Assembly: GCA_035285125.1 (NCBI GenBank)
Contig: JAYKHR010000077.1
Location: 1 to 32,657 of the forward strand
DNA length: 32,657 nt
Reading direction: 5' to 3'
DNA from: Candidatus Sericytochromatia bacterium
GTDB lineage: Bacteria > Cyanobacteriota > Sericytochromatia > S15B-MN24 > JAQBPE01
The translations under genes were made by a program, and so were the position numbers. How positions within the stretch are numbered: position 1 is the stretch's first letter; the number at the start of each line of letters is the position of its first letter. The notes below the pieces were generated by a model that was given only the letters and a program-made list of their open reading frames with translations, ran no database searches and had not been told where the DNA came from. Positions 16,286-25,807 of this stretch are shown here, one piece after another.

Positions 16286-16294
16286 ACTATATCA
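16286..16294 (-). promoter_or_regulatory. Extended -10 element (TGATATAGT) 6 nt before the GT2 GTG; probable leaderless transcript
   Basis: Minus strand reads TGA-TATAGT-GACACC-GTG. The TGA is also the stop codon of the upstream gene. No SD. Confidence 0.55.
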
Positions 16295-18211
16295 CCCGGG
16301 TCGCGCGGGGGGCCACGCGCGCGACGCCGCGAGGCCGACGCCGACGGCCCACCAGGCCAGCAGCGTGGCGAGGCCTCCCCAGTAGAGGTAGCGGTACTCA
16401 CACCAGACGGTCGTGAAGAAGTACAGCCCCAGGTAGACGAGGGCTGAGGCCGCGAGCATCCCGCCGAGGGGCACCAGCGGGTGGCGCCGGCGCCTCGCCG
16501 TGGCCAGGCCCAGGCAGGCGAGGGCCAGCACGAGGTACAGCCAGCCGTGGTAGAGCCGGCTGCCCCGCCAGACCTCCGCCCAGCGCAGCGCCGCCAGGCG
16601 GGCGTTGGTGGCCGGCGGCGGTTCGGGCGTGAGGGCGCAGGCGCGCTGCAGCTCGGCCTGCTTGAGCACCCAGCGGTAGTCGTTTTCGTGGAACGGCCTT
16701 TTCGGGGGCGGCACCGCAGCCTCCCCACCGAGCCGCAGGAGGCGGCGGTACAGCCACCACCGGTGCCGGAGGTAGGCGCCGGGGGCGTCGGCGATCGCCG
16801 TGAGCCAAGCCAGGCGCAGCGCGGTGATTTCGGTTGGGTCCGTGGTCATGGCGAGCGGCGGGGGCCACCCCTCCAGCATCAGGAAGTTGGCGCCGCCAAA
16901 GATGTGGACGGACCGCCAGTACTCGTCATGCATCATCCGCTCGTTGTAGTTCGGGTGTTGCCGGACGTGGGGAGGCAGGTGGTTCTTGCCTGCGACCACG
17001 GCCACGGCTGCCAGGTCGTGCAACTCCAACTCCTGCTCCAGGTAGACGGCGCGCGCTTGGAGCACGTGGGAGCTGATCGCCTTACCCCCCAGCAGCAGCC
17101 CCACGGCCAGCCCCGCCACGGCCACCAGGCGGACGAGCACCCGGCGTCCCGGCCACAGGCCGCTCGCCACCCACAGCAGCGGCAGCAGGGCCGGCAGGCC
17201 GTTGTGGCGGGCGTTGGCCGCGTAGAACATCGCTGCGAGCGCCAGCAGCCCCAGGGCTGGCGTCAGCCGGCCGCGTACATGGGCGACCGCGACCAGCCCG
17301 CTCGCGAGCAGCAGGCTGCCCGCGAAGCCCACGTCCTTCCACATCGCCCCCAGGCACGAGAGGGCCACGGGCGTCGCCAGCAGCGCGGGCAGCCCGAGCA
17401 GCCCGGCCCGCACCCCCGCCGCCCAGGCCGCCAGCCCCCAGGCCAGCAGCCCCGCCCCCACGAGGGCCAGGTGGAAGCCCCAGAGCGAGGGCAACCAGCC
17501 CGTGGCGGCCATCAGCGCGGCCCAGAGGCCCGCCACCACCGGCGGGTGGTGGTCGACGTAGGTGCCCGTGAGCGCCTGCTGCAGCTGCAGCATCGCATCG
17601 ACGCTGTACTGGCCCGGGTAGCCGGCCGCCGCCACGAGGGCGAGCAGCGCGGCCGTGCTCACGCCGGCGAGGGCCGCCCAGGCAGGGCCCGCCAGCCCCC
17701 GCCAGGCGAGCGCCCCGACGCCCAGCGCCGCGAGCGCCGCAAGCGCGTGGTCGCCAGGCGTCTCCAGCCAGGTGGGCCGCGGGTCGACCAGCACCCCCGT
17801 CTCAGCCCCGTAATCGAGCGCGAGGCTGCGTGCCCAGCGGCGGGGGCCCAGCGTCAGCTCGCAGCGCCCGAGGCCCGGGCCGCGGGCCAGCATCACCCGC
17901 ACGGGCGTGCCCGGGGGCGGCACGAGCCTCAGCCCGCTGCCCGGCTGCGGCCTGAGGCAGACCCACCCCTCCGGGCGCTGGACCCAGGCGCCCGGAGGGC
18001 CGAACGGCTCCCAGGCCAGCGCGGCGCCCGTGTCCACGCGATGGGTCTCCCGCACCGTCACGGCCCCGGCGCCGACGGCTGCGCGCAGCACCAGTGGGCC
18101 CGCCAGCGGCGGCCCTGCGGGGCGCATGAAGCCACAGCCCAGCAGCACCTCCAGCCAGGCGAGCACGAGGCTGGTCAGCCCCAGCACCTGCGCGATGCGC
18201 CAGCCCCTCAC
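16292..18211 (-). CDS. Polytopic membrane protein, probable GT-C-fold glycosyltransferase with N-terminal extracytoplasmic domain
   Basis: YPGQYSVDAMLQLQQALTGTYVDHHPP, WKDVGF, ARHNG and EYRY motifs plus many TM segments. GTG start overlaps the YfhO stop (GTGA at 18208-18211). Confidence 0.7.
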   Translation of the reverse strand: MRGWRIAQVLGLTSLVLAWLEVLLGCGFMRPAGPPLAGPLVLRAAVGAGAVTVRETHRVDTGAALAWEPFGPPGAWVQRPEGWVCLRPQPGSGLRLVPPPGTPVRVMLARGPGLGRCELTLGPRRWARSLALDYGAETGVLVDPRPTWLETPGDHALAALAALGVGALAWRGLAGPAWAALAGVSTAALLALVAAAGYPGQYSVDAMLQLQQALTGTYVDHHPPVVAGLWAALMAATGWLPSLWGFHLALVGAGLLAWGLAAWAAGVRAGLLGLPALLATPVALSCLGAMWKDVGFAGSLLLASGLVAVAHVRGRLTPALGLLALAAMFYAANARHNGLPALLPLLWVASGLWPGRRVLVRLVAVAGLAVGLLLGGKAISSHVLQARAVYLEQELELHDLAAVAVVAGKNHLPPHVRQHPNYNERMMHDEYWRSVHIFGGANFLMLEGWPPPLAMTTDPTEITALRLAWLTAIADAPGAYLRHRWWLYRRLLRLGGEAAVPPPKRPFHENDYRWVLKQAELQRACALTPEPPPATNARLAALRWAEVWRGSRLYHGWLYLVLALACLGLATARRRRHPLVPLGGMLAASALVYLGLYFFTTVWCEYRYLYWGGLATLLAWWAVGVGLAASRAWPPARPG

Positions 18212-20520
18212 GGCGTGGCCCCCCGGCGGCGGCGCGGCCGCCAGCTCAGCGCCACCAGGGCGATGCCGAGGCCCAGGGCCGAGAGCCCCAGGCCCAGCCG
18301 GAAGCTGGTGGGCTCGTAGCGGAACACCACCCGGTGGGCCCCTGCCGGCAGCGCCACCGCCCGGAACGCCACGTAGGCGGGCACGATGGCGGCGGGCTGG
18401 CCATCGAGCTCGGCGCGCCAGCCCGGGTACCAGGTGTCTGCCAGCACCAGCCAGCCGGGCTGCCTGGCCATGGCGGCCACCACCACCTCGTCGTCTCGCT
18501 CTGCCACGATGCGCGCCGGGTCCGGGGGGAGCGGGGCGCCGTGGGGGCCACCGCCGGCCACCTCCAGCAGCGCCTGCGAGCGCCAGCGGGCCGGCTCTTG
18601 CACGAGCGCCGCCGCAGCCTGCACGGGGTCGGGTGGGACGTGCACGGCCTGGTACAACACGCGGGCCCGCGGCAGGGCCTGCCTGTTCTCGAAGAGCACG
18701 GCCTTGGGCTGCCGCACCACCGGGTGGAAGCGGGCGGGCTCCGACGTGAGGCGGGCCAGCCAGGCCCCGCCCCGCGCCTCCGTCGCGCTCGCCAGCCAGC
18801 GCACGTTCGCCACGTCCAGCAGGCCGGCCTCGAAGCCCGGCTGCACCACCACGTGGGTGATCGACGGGCGGCACGTGGTGCCGTTGAGGGCGGCCATGAA
18901 GGTGGCGTAGCGGGCCAGCACGAAGGGGGCCACCTGCTCGGCGGAGGCCACCCGGTGGACGCTCGTCGCGTCCGGCAGGAGGGCCGTGGTGCCGCCGGCC
19001 ACGCGGCCTTCGCGCCCCGGGGCCTGCAGGTGCGCGACTATGGGCGGCGTCGGGAAGGTGAAGGCCGGGCTGAGGTGGTAGGTGAGGCGGGCCCCCATCC
19101 ACAGGTGGGCCCCCGCCAGCGCCGCCAGCGCCGGCGCCACCAGCCGCCTCGCCTCCGGGCGCCACGCGGCCAGGCCCACCAGCGCCGCGACGGCCACCAG
19201 CCAGGCGGCGGCGTCGCCGAGGTCGCCCAGCAGCCGGGTCGTGGACCAGGCCTGGTACCGGGCCACGGCCCCGGCCGTGAGGGCCAGCCCACCTGCCAGG
19301 GCCCAGGCTGCCCGCCCGGGCAGCCCGCGGCGCAGCGCGTCCAGGCCCGCCCCGCCCAGCAGGGCCAGCCCCAGCGCGAGCAGCGGGGGCGTGTAGAACG
19401 AGTTGGGCGCGAAGCGTGCCATCGGCAACGCCGTGTAAGGGGGCAGCATCAGCCAGCAGGCCACGCCCGTCGCGATCAGGGGCAGCGCCACGCGGCGGGT
19501 GGCCTGATGGAGCAGGCCGAGCGGGGCCAGGGCGGCCGCCACCAGGCCGGCGTGGGCGTTGAAGTCCGGGCTCTCGGCCATCCCGAGGGGCGTGAGGAGG
19601 TGGCTCACGGCGAACACTGCCATGTGCTTCCAGCCCATGGTCCAGGCGTCCGACGCCCGCGTGTACAGGTAGGACTGGGCGTTGGCGGCAAGCTCCAGGA
19701 ACGGCAGCACCACCACCATGCTCAGGAGAGCCCCGAGCCCGAGGGCGGCCAGGCCCGCCAGGGTCTGCCGCCCGCGGCGCTCAGGGTGCGCGACGACCGC
19801 CACGAGGTACACGGCGCCGACGCCCAGCATCGTGGTGACGGCCGCCTCCGCGTGGCCCACCAGCCCGAGGCCTGCCACCGCCAGGCCGCCCGCGGCCACC
19901 CGGCGAGGCGAGGGGGCCCGCCGCAGCCACTCGGCGACGAGCAGCAGCCAGGGCGTGAACTGCACCGTGAGCGAGCTGGGCAGCTCCAGCTGGTACAGGA
20001 AGAACGCCGCCAGCATGAAGCCGCCGCCTGCGACGAAGCCAGCCGTGGCGGAGAGCCCCAGCGCCGCCGCCAGGGCCAGGGCGCCGAGCCCCGCGAGCAG
20101 GTGGCGGCCCACCATGAAGGCCGTGGTCCAGGCCCCCTGCGTCGGCCACAGCAGGGCCCACTTGTAGGGGCTCAGCGGGGCCGACTGCCCGTTGCCGAGC
20201 AGGGGGGCCCCGCACCCGACGTCCGGCATCCACAGTGGCCACTCCCCGCGCGCGAAGGTGCTGAAGATGCGCCTGTCCCAGGGTTGGTGCTCCAGCGCCG
20301 CGCTCGGGTCGTGCCAGCGCCAGCGTGGGCCCGGCGGCACGTCGTAGGCGGCGTCACCCGCCATGATGCAGCCCGCATGGTCCATCACGGCCCTGCCCGC
20401 GAGCGCCTCGTGGAAGGTGGCGGCCCACAGCGCCACCAGCGCCAGGGTCGCCAGCAGCCAGGGCCGCCACGCCGGGTTGGCGGGGCGGCCCTGGTTGGCG
20501 GCTTCGGCGACGTGGGGCAC
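18208..20520 (-). CDS. YfhO-family membrane protein (GT-C-like)
   Basis: GEWPLWMPDVGCGAPLLGNGQSA near the N-terminus; ALPRA...LVLADTWYPGWRAELDG...AFRAVALPAGAHRVVFRYEP followed by a terminal TM helix. Confidence 0.9.
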   Translation of the reverse strand: MPHVAEAANQGRPANPAWRPWLLATLALVALWAATFHEALAGRAVMDHAGCIMAGDAAYDVPPGPRWRWHDPSAALEHQPWDRRIFSTFARGEWPLWMPDVGCGAPLLGNGQSAPLSPYKWALLWPTQGAWTTAFMVGRHLLAGLGALALAAALGLSATAGFVAGGGFMLAAFFLYQLELPSSLTVQFTPWLLLVAEWLRRAPSPRRVAAGGLAVAGLGLVGHAEAAVTTMLGVGAVYLVAVVAHPERRGRQTLAGLAALGLGALLSMVVVLPFLELAANAQSYLYTRASDAWTMGWKHMAVFAVSHLLTPLGMAESPDFNAHAGLVAAALAPLGLLHQATRRVALPLIATGVACWLMLPPYTALPMARFAPNSFYTPPLLALGLALLGGAGLDALRRGLPGRAAWALAGGLALTAGAVARYQAWSTTRLLGDLGDAAAWLVAVAALVGLAAWRPEARRLVAPALAALAGAHLWMGARLTYHLSPAFTFPTPPIVAHLQAPGREGRVAGGTTALLPDATSVHRVASAEQVAPFVLARYATFMAALNGTTCRPSITHVVVQPGFEAGLLDVANVRWLASATEARGGAWLARLTSEPARFHPVVRQPKAVLFENRQALPRARVLYQAVHVPPDPVQAAAALVQEPARWRSQALLEVAGGGPHGAPLPPDPARIVAERDDEVVVAAMARQPGWLVLADTWYPGWRAELDGQPAAIVPAYVAFRAVALPAGAHRVVFRYEPTSFRLGLGLSALGLGIALVALSWRPRRRRGATP

Positions 20521-20543
20521 GGCGGCCGAGGCGCGGGACGGCC

Positions 20544-21434
20544 TCAGCGGCCGGCGGGGGCGAGGGTCTTCAGCTTGCGCTCGACCTCGTCGATGACCTC
20601 GTGCATCCGCAGGGGCACGGGCACGCCCGCTGCCTCGAGGGCCTTCACCTTGCCCTCGGCCGTCCCCTTGCCACCCGAGACGATCGCGCCGGCGTGACCC
20701 ATGCGCTTGCCCGGAGGCGCCGTGCGGCCGGAGATGAAGCCGACGACGGGCTTGGTCATCGACTTGATGTACTCGGCCGCGATCTCCTCGTCAGAGCCGC
20801 CGATCTCACCGGCCATCACCACGATCTCGGTCTCGGGGTCGGCCTCGAAGGCCTTCAGGCAGTCGATGAAGCGCAGCCCGATGATCGGATCGCCGCCGAT
20901 GCCCACGCAGGTGCTGATGCCGAGGTTGCGGCTGGTGCACTCGGCGACGAGCTCGTAGGTCAGGGTGCCCGAGCGGCTGATCAGGCCGATGTTGCCCTTC
21001 TGGAAGATGCGGTGCGGCATGATGCCGAGCTTGGCCTCGCCGGGCGTGATGAGGCCGGGGCAGTTCGGGCCGACCAGCTTGGACTCGCTGTGGAGCAGGC
21101 GGTCGTAGACCTTGATCATGTCGTGGAGGGGCACGCCCTCCGTGATGCACACGACGAGCGGCACCTTGGCATCGAAGGCCTCGAGCATCGCGTCGGCCGC
21201 GAACGGCGGCGGCACGAAGATGATGGTCGCGTTCGCGCCCGTGGCCATCACGGCCTGCTGCACGGTGTCGAAGATGGGGATGCCGTTCGCGTCCTGCGTG
21301 CCGCCCTTGCCGGGCGTGACGCCACCGACGATGCTGGTGCCCGCCGCCAGCATCTGCTGGGTATGGAAGGCGCCCTCGCGGCCCGTGATGCCCTGGACGA
21401 TCAGCTTGGTCTGCTTGTTGACGAAGATGCTCAT
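20544..21434 (-). CDS. sucD: Succinyl-CoA synthetase alpha subunit
   Basis: [37 protein letters not shown] and RMGHAGA (phospho-His). Confidence 0.98.
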   Translation of the reverse strand: MSIFVNKQTKLIVQGITGREGAFHTQQMLAAGTSIVGGVTPGKGGTQDANGIPIFDTVQQAVMATGANATIIFVPPPFAADAMLEAFDAKVPLVVCITEGVPLHDMIKVYDRLLHSESKLVGPNCPGLITPGEAKLGIMPHRIFQKGNIGLISRSGTLTYELVAECTSRNLGISTCVGIGGDPIIGLRFIDCLKAFEADPETEIVVMAGEIGGSDEEIAAEYIKSMTKPVVGFISGRTAPPGKRMGHAGAIVSGGKGTAEGKVKALEAAGVPVPLRMHEVIDEVERKLKTLAPAGR

Positions 21435-21451
21435 GGGTTGGACCTCGAGGC

Positions 21452-22591
21452 TTACTTCAGGCCGGCGAGGGCGACGACCTTCTGGGCCGCCTCCTGCATG
21501 CTGGCTGCGGGGTGGAACTTGTCGGAGGTGGCGAGGATCTGGCGGCCCTCCTCCTCGGCCGTGCCGGAGAGGCGGACGACCACGGGCACGTTGAGCGCCA
21601 TCCCGGCGGTCGCGTTCAGGATGCCCTTCGCGACCTCGTCGCAGCGGGTGATGCCGCCGAAGATGTTGATCATGATGCCCTTGATGCCGTCTTCCATCAG
21701 CACGACCTCGATGGCGTTCTTGACCACCTCGGCCTTGGCGCCGCCGCCGATGTCGAGGACGTTGGCGGGCTTGCCGCCCTCGCGGGTCACGACGTCGAGG
21801 CTCGTCATCACGAGGCCCGCACCGTTGCCCATGATGCCGATGTTGCCGCCGAGGTGGACGAAGGTGAGGCCGCGGCGCGCTGCCTCCTCCTCGATCTCAT
21901 GGCCTTCCTCGGACTCCTTCCAGCCAGCGAGCTCGCTGTGCCGGAAGAGCGCGTTCTCGTCGATGGTGATCTTGGCGTCGGCGGCCACCATGCGGCCGTC
22001 GGTGGTGATGGCGAGCGGGTTGATCTCGGCGAGGTCCGCGTCCGACTCGACCATCAGCTTGTAGAGGTTCTTGAAGAAGGCCGTGGCCTCCTTGACGTAC
22101 TTCTTGTCGAAGCCGGCCTCGAAGATGAGCTGGCGGACCTGGTAGTCCGTCAGGCCGATGGTGGGGTCGACCCACACCTTGCGGATCTTCTCGGGCGAGT
22201 GCTCGGCGACCTCTTCAATCTCCATGCCGCCCTCGGCCGAGGACATGATGATGATCCGCTTCTCGTCGCGGTCGAAGAGCATGCCGCAGTAGTACTCCGT
22301 GGCGATCTCGATCGCCTCCTCCACGAGCACCTTCTTGACCTTCAGCCCCTTGATGTCCATCCCGAGGATGGCGGCTGCCGCGTCGTAGGCCTCCTGCGGC
22401 GTGCTCGCGATCTTGATGCCGCCGGCCTTGCCGCGGCCACCCACGTGCACCTGAGCCTTGATGGCGACCTTCTTGCCGATCTCCTGCGCGATGAGCTTGG
22501 CGTCATCGGGCGTGTCGGCCACGCGCCCCTTGGTGGTGGGGATGCCGAAGCGCTCCATCAGGAGCTTGCCCTGGTACTCGTGGATCTTCAT
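21452..22591 (-). CDS. sucC: Succinyl-CoA synthetase beta subunit
   Basis: [33 protein letters not shown] and [10 protein letters not shown]. Confidence 0.98.
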   Translation of the reverse strand: MKIHEYQGKLLMERFGIPTTKGRVADTPDDAKLIAQEIGKKVAIKAQVHVGGRGKAGGIKIASTPQEAYDAAAAILGMDIKGLKVKKVLVEEAIEIATEYYCGMLFDRDEKRIIIMSSAEGGMEIEEVAEHSPEKIRKVWVDPTIGLTDYQVRQLIFEAGFDKKYVKEATAFFKNLYKLMVESDADLAEINPLAITTDGRMVAADAKITIDENALFRHSELAGWKESEEGHEIEEEAARRGLTFVHLGGNIGIMGNGAGLVMTSLDVVTREGGKPANVLDIGGGAKAEVVKNAIEVVLMEDGIKGIMINIFGGITRCDEVAKGILNATAGMALNVPVVVRLSGTAEEEGRQILATSDKFHPAASMQEAAQKVVALAGLK

Positions 22592-22665
22592 AGGGTCCGG
22601 GTCTCCTCGTCTTCGAAGGCCCCGCAGGGCCTGTCCAGGCGCCGCAACGTCGCGAGGCGCGAGGG

Positions 22666-22674
22666 ATTCTAGCA
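22666..22674 (-). promoter_or_regulatory. Extended -10 element (TGCTAGAAT) upstream of sucCD
   Basis: Located about 75 nt upstream of the sucC ATG; the identical 9-mer precedes mce. Confidence 0.55.
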
Positions 22675-22678
22675 CGAA

Positions 22679-22710
22679 GCGCCTGGCTGCGGCCACGCGA
22701 AGCCAGGCGC
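22679..22710. terminator. Hairpin between mce and the sucC promoter
   Basis: GCGCCTGGCT-N12-AGCCAGGCGC has perfect 10-bp arms; only a weak U tail (TTCGT) on the minus strand. Confidence 0.35.
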
Positions 22711-22800
22711 CGCTGTCAGGGCCTGTTGGCGGCCCGAAAGGCAGCCCGCATTGCTGGCGACGAGGCTTGCGCCGGGCCCCCTCTCGAGGCGGTCCCTGGC

Positions 22801-23226
22801 TCAGGCGTGCTGGGGCTCACACAGCTCCAGCAGCACCCCGCCCGTGGCCTTCGGGTGGACGAAGGCGATGCGGTGGCCACCCGCGCCGAGGCGCGGCATG
22901 CGATCGATGAGCTCGACGCCCTCGGCGGCCAGCCGGGCCAGCGTCGGCTCGAGCGCCTCGACCCTCAGCGCCACGTGGTGCATCCCCTCGCCGCGCTTGG
23001 CGATGAACTTCGCGATCGGGCTCTCGGGGCCCGTGGCCTCCAGCAGCTCCACGCGCCCGAGGGGCCCGCAGAAGATGGCCGTGCGCACCTGCTGGTCCTC
23101 CACGGTCTCGATGCCGACGAGCGGCAGCCCGAGCACGTCGCGGTAGAACGGCAGCGCGCGCTCGAGGCTCGCCACGGCGATGCCGACGTGATCGATGGGG
23201 CCAAGGTGGGGCAGGGGGTTGTGCAT
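22801..23226 (-). CDS. mce: Methylmalonyl-CoA epimerase
   Basis: IDHVGIAV, VELLEA...SPIAKFIAKRGEGMHHVALRV and IAFVHPKATGGVLLELCE. Confidence 0.93.
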   Translation of the reverse strand: MHNPLPHLGPIDHVGIAVASLERALPFYRDVLGLPLVGIETVEDQQVRTAIFCGPLGRVELLEATGPESPIAKFIAKRGEGMHHVALRVEALEPTLARLAAEGVELIDRMPRLGAGGHRIAFVHPKATGGVLLELCEPQHA

Positions 23227-23233
23227 GCCCTCG

Positions 23234-23242
23234 ATTCTAGCA
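23234..23242 (-). promoter_or_regulatory. Extended -10 element (TGCTAGAAT) 7 nt before the mce ATG; probable leaderless transcript
   Basis: Minus strand reads TGC-TAGAAT-CGAGGGC-ATG. Confidence 0.6.
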
Positions 23243-23265
23243 GGCTCGGGCCGCGCGCGCCCCGG

Positions 23266-24609
23266 TCACTTGCCGGTGCCGACCCAGCCAGACCCCTTGG
23301 AGAAGGCGTCCTCCGACAGCAGCAGCCCGGAGACGAGGATCTCGGGGACATACTCGCCCGTGGTCGCGGATGCCAGCACGGGGGCCGCCAGCGAGAGCAC
23401 GGTGCCAGGGCCGAAGAGCTTCACGCCCTGCAGGCCGTTCTGGTCGATGGGGGCCGAGACCGAGAGGTTGTCGAGCTGGACGAAGGGCGTCAGGGAGGCC
23501 CGCCGGGTGGCGTCGTTCACGAGGTCGCGGGCCGTCACGCTCTGGACCACCAGGTACTTGCGCTCGGGCACGGTGTAGGTCACGCGGGCCATGCGGCCCT
23601 TCCAGCGGGCGTCGAAGCCCGACTCGTAGGTGGCGGCGTTGGTGTATGACACCGTCGAGAAGTCCGCGGCGCCGATGCCGCCGAAGCTCGGCTCGGCCTG
23701 CCCGGCCGTGTTGATCGTGGGGTTGGTGCCGTCCACGGCCACCTGCCACGCGCTCGTGGGGAAGCGCTTCCACGTGCTGGCGGTGGGGGAGTCCTTGTAG
23801 ACCACGGCCATCGTGAAGTGGGCGTAGAGGTAGTGACTGAGGTAGTCGAAGGGGTACAGGCCGGCCTTGAGGCGCACGGGCGTGTTGTTCTGGGCCAGGT
23901 AGCCCGCGTAGGAGAAGTGCGTGACGTCGGTCTCCTTGAAGACGTTGGAGCCGATGCGGAAGTACGTCAGGACGCGCGTGGGGTCAGCCAGGGAGCCCGA
24001 TCGGCCATCGTTGTGGTACCACGCGTAGTGGTCGTAGAACGCAAAGGTGTAGTCGCCGTCTTGCGGAATCTGGACGTAGCCCGAGAGGCGCTGGCCGCAG
24101 CCGGTGGCGGTGCCGCCCATGTAGGTGTTGCCGGCAGGGTCCTGCGAGGACTGCAGCGAGCTGATCGAGGGGCTCGTCTGGCTGCCCATGTCCCAGAGCA
24201 TCGTGCCGTCCCCGAAGGTGTAGCTGCCGTGGGTGGCGGTGTTGCTGGCGTTGGCGTTGCTGAACTCGATGGGGTAGCCGCTGATGGTGCGGTCGAGGTA
24301 GGGCGTGCCGGCCAGCACCTGCTCGGGCGTCTCGGGCCAGCCCTGGTAGCGGCGCAGCCGGAAGCCCTGGGTGATCTGAGGCGCGGTGGGGGCCGCGTTC
24401 AGCTTGATGTGGGCGCCCCAGAGCTGGATGCCCGGGTCGGACGCCTGGGCGAGCTTGTAGGGGAGGGGCGCCCCCCGGAAGGCCTGCACGAGGGCAGCGT
24501 CCTGGGCTGCCCGCGAGGTGGGGGCCTGGGCGGGCGCGCTGGCCACGCAGCCGCTGGCCAGCAGGGCCAGGCAGCCCAGCAGAATCGAGGTGAAGCGAAC
24601 TTGCGGCAT
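23266..24609 (-). CDS. Lipoprotein with PA14-like domain
   Basis: MPQVRFTSILLGCLALLASGC lipobox. RLSGYVQIPQDGDYTF and VRLKAGLYPFDYL resemble PA14 signature strands. GGGAGG RBS. Confidence 0.75.
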   Translation of the reverse strand: MPQVRFTSILLGCLALLASGCVASAPAQAPTSRAAQDAALVQAFRGAPLPYKLAQASDPGIQLWGAHIKLNAAPTAPQITQGFRLRRYQGWPETPEQVLAGTPYLDRTISGYPIEFSNANASNTATHGSYTFGDGTMLWDMGSQTSPSISSLQSSQDPAGNTYMGGTATGCGQRLSGYVQIPQDGDYTFAFYDHYAWYHNDGRSGSLADPTRVLTYFRIGSNVFKETDVTHFSYAGYLAQNNTPVRLKAGLYPFDYLSHYLYAHFTMAVVYKDSPTASTWKRFPTSAWQVAVDGTNPTINTAGQAEPSFGGIGAADFSTVSYTNAATYESGFDARWKGRMARVTYTVPERKYLVVQSVTARDLVNDATRRASLTPFVQLDNLSVSAPIDQNGLQGVKLFGPGTVLSLAAPVLASATTGEYVPEILVSGLLLSEDAFSKGSGWVGTGK

Positions 24610-24620
24610 GGTGCCCTCCC

Positions 24621-25523
24621 TCACTTGATGGTGAAGCGTCCCTTGAAGAGCGCGGGGCCCGCTCCCGCGGGCAACGCCACGCCGCCGTCGTCCACGAGGC
24701 TGATGGCGAGATCGACCGAGCCCGTCGGCCTGGTCCTGGCAAGGTAGTCCCGGAAGGTCGGCTGGTCGAGCCCCAGCGTCAGCGTGACATCGGACTTCGC
24801 CTCCAGCTTGCCGGGAAGCCCCAGCACCGTCGGCGCGAGTTGCAGCGTTTCCGTCGCCAGGCGGCTCGTGGTGCTCACAACGGGGGAGGGCAGCACGGGC
24901 GACGGGAAGGCCGTCGGCGAGGCCACGATCGGCGGGGCCGAGGGGGGTGCGGCGACCGGGAAGCCCCCGTCGTCCGCGGGCGGCGACGCCTGCAGCACGC
25001 GGTAGGCCGTGACGTTGGCGCTCAGCACCAGGCGCACGGTCTTGAGGGTGAAGGCCTGGTCCAGCACCTTCGCCCGCCAGGTCAGCGAGGGCTGGGTCGG
25101 CGTCCACGTCAGCGAGGCCACGCGGCCCTCCGCGTCGTAGTTGACGACGGCGGTGGGGGCCTCCGCCGCGAAGGCGTTTTCGAGCGTGAGGCCGAAGCCT
25201 GCGTTGGGGGCGAGGACCTTCGGGCTGGCGACGGCGCCCGCCGGGCCACCGGGCTCCACGGTGACGGCGCCGGACCCGGCGTTGCCAGCGCCGCCCTCGC
25301 CGGGCTGGCGTGGCTGGCCCGCGTCGGGGCCCGTGCTCGCCCGGCTGCCCTGGGCGCCGCCGGGGCTCGCCGGCGAGCCGCCAGCCGCGGCGCCGATGCC
25401 AACGCGGCTCCCGGTGCGGGCGACGGTCTCGGTGCCACCAGGGGCCAGGCCGGCGCAGCCGACCACCAGCAGGCACACGGCCAGGCCAGAGGCGCGAAGG
25501 GGATGCGGCGCACGTCGAGGCAT
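24621..25523 (-). CDS. Hypothetical lipoprotein
   Basis: LAVCLLVVGC lipobox, Gly/Ala/Pro linker, beta-rich domain interrupted by a Pro/Ser loop, ending LFKGRFTIK. Lies 11 nt upstream of the PA14-like gene (operon). Confidence 0.75.
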   Translation of the reverse strand: MPRRAPHPLRASGLAVCLLVVGCAGLAPGGTETVARTGSRVGIGAAAGGSPASPGGAQGSRASTGPDAGQPRQPGEGGAGNAGSGAVTVEPGGPAGAVASPKVLAPNAGFGLTLENAFAAEAPTAVVNYDAEGRVASLTWTPTQPSLTWRAKVLDQAFTLKTVRLVLSANVTAYRVLQASPPADDGGFPVAAPPSAPPIVASPTAFPSPVLPSPVVSTTSRLATETLQLAPTVLGLPGKLEAKSDVTLTLGLDQPTFRDYLARTRPTGSVDLAISLVDDGGVALPAGAGPALFKGRFTIK

Positions 25524-25807
25524 CGGGGGCTTCCTGCGGGGGCGGAGCAGACGGATAAGGGTCAGATACCCGCGCGGGTGGGGAGCGAATCCTGGCCCTG
25601 TTGTTGGGCTGAGGGAAAAAAATTATCCCAAGCTTTGCTGGTCGTTCACAGGGGAGCCGCCAGGTTGTGGGATTGCCGGGAGGGCTTAACCAGAACTTCA
25701 CCCCTGGCGGCTGCGCTGTCACACGGCTGCGACACCCGCCCCTGACAAAGGCGTCGTGAGAAGAGCGGCTGCCCGGTGCGCCGCAGTGAATAGTGAGGGT
25801 TCCGACG

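Noticed and set aside
18130..18211. LLGC lipobox at the N-terminus of the GT-C-like protein
   Set aside because: A Glu interrupts the hydrophobic stretch and the protein is polytopic; more likely an ordinary first TM segment.
14008..19165. Long N-terminal extensions on RecO (to 15435), the methyltransferase (to 15821) and the GT-C protein (to 19165), suggesting fusions or frameshifts
   Set aside because: The extensions overlap bona fide upstream genes in other frames; normal starts with ATGA/GTGA coupling or spacing exist.
3252..25637. Shared AAGCTTTG and AAAATTAT words in two divergent intergenic regions, and CAGGTT at 6019, 10251 and 25661
   Set aside because: Short words in differing order and spacing; cannot be distinguished from chance without genome-wide statistics.
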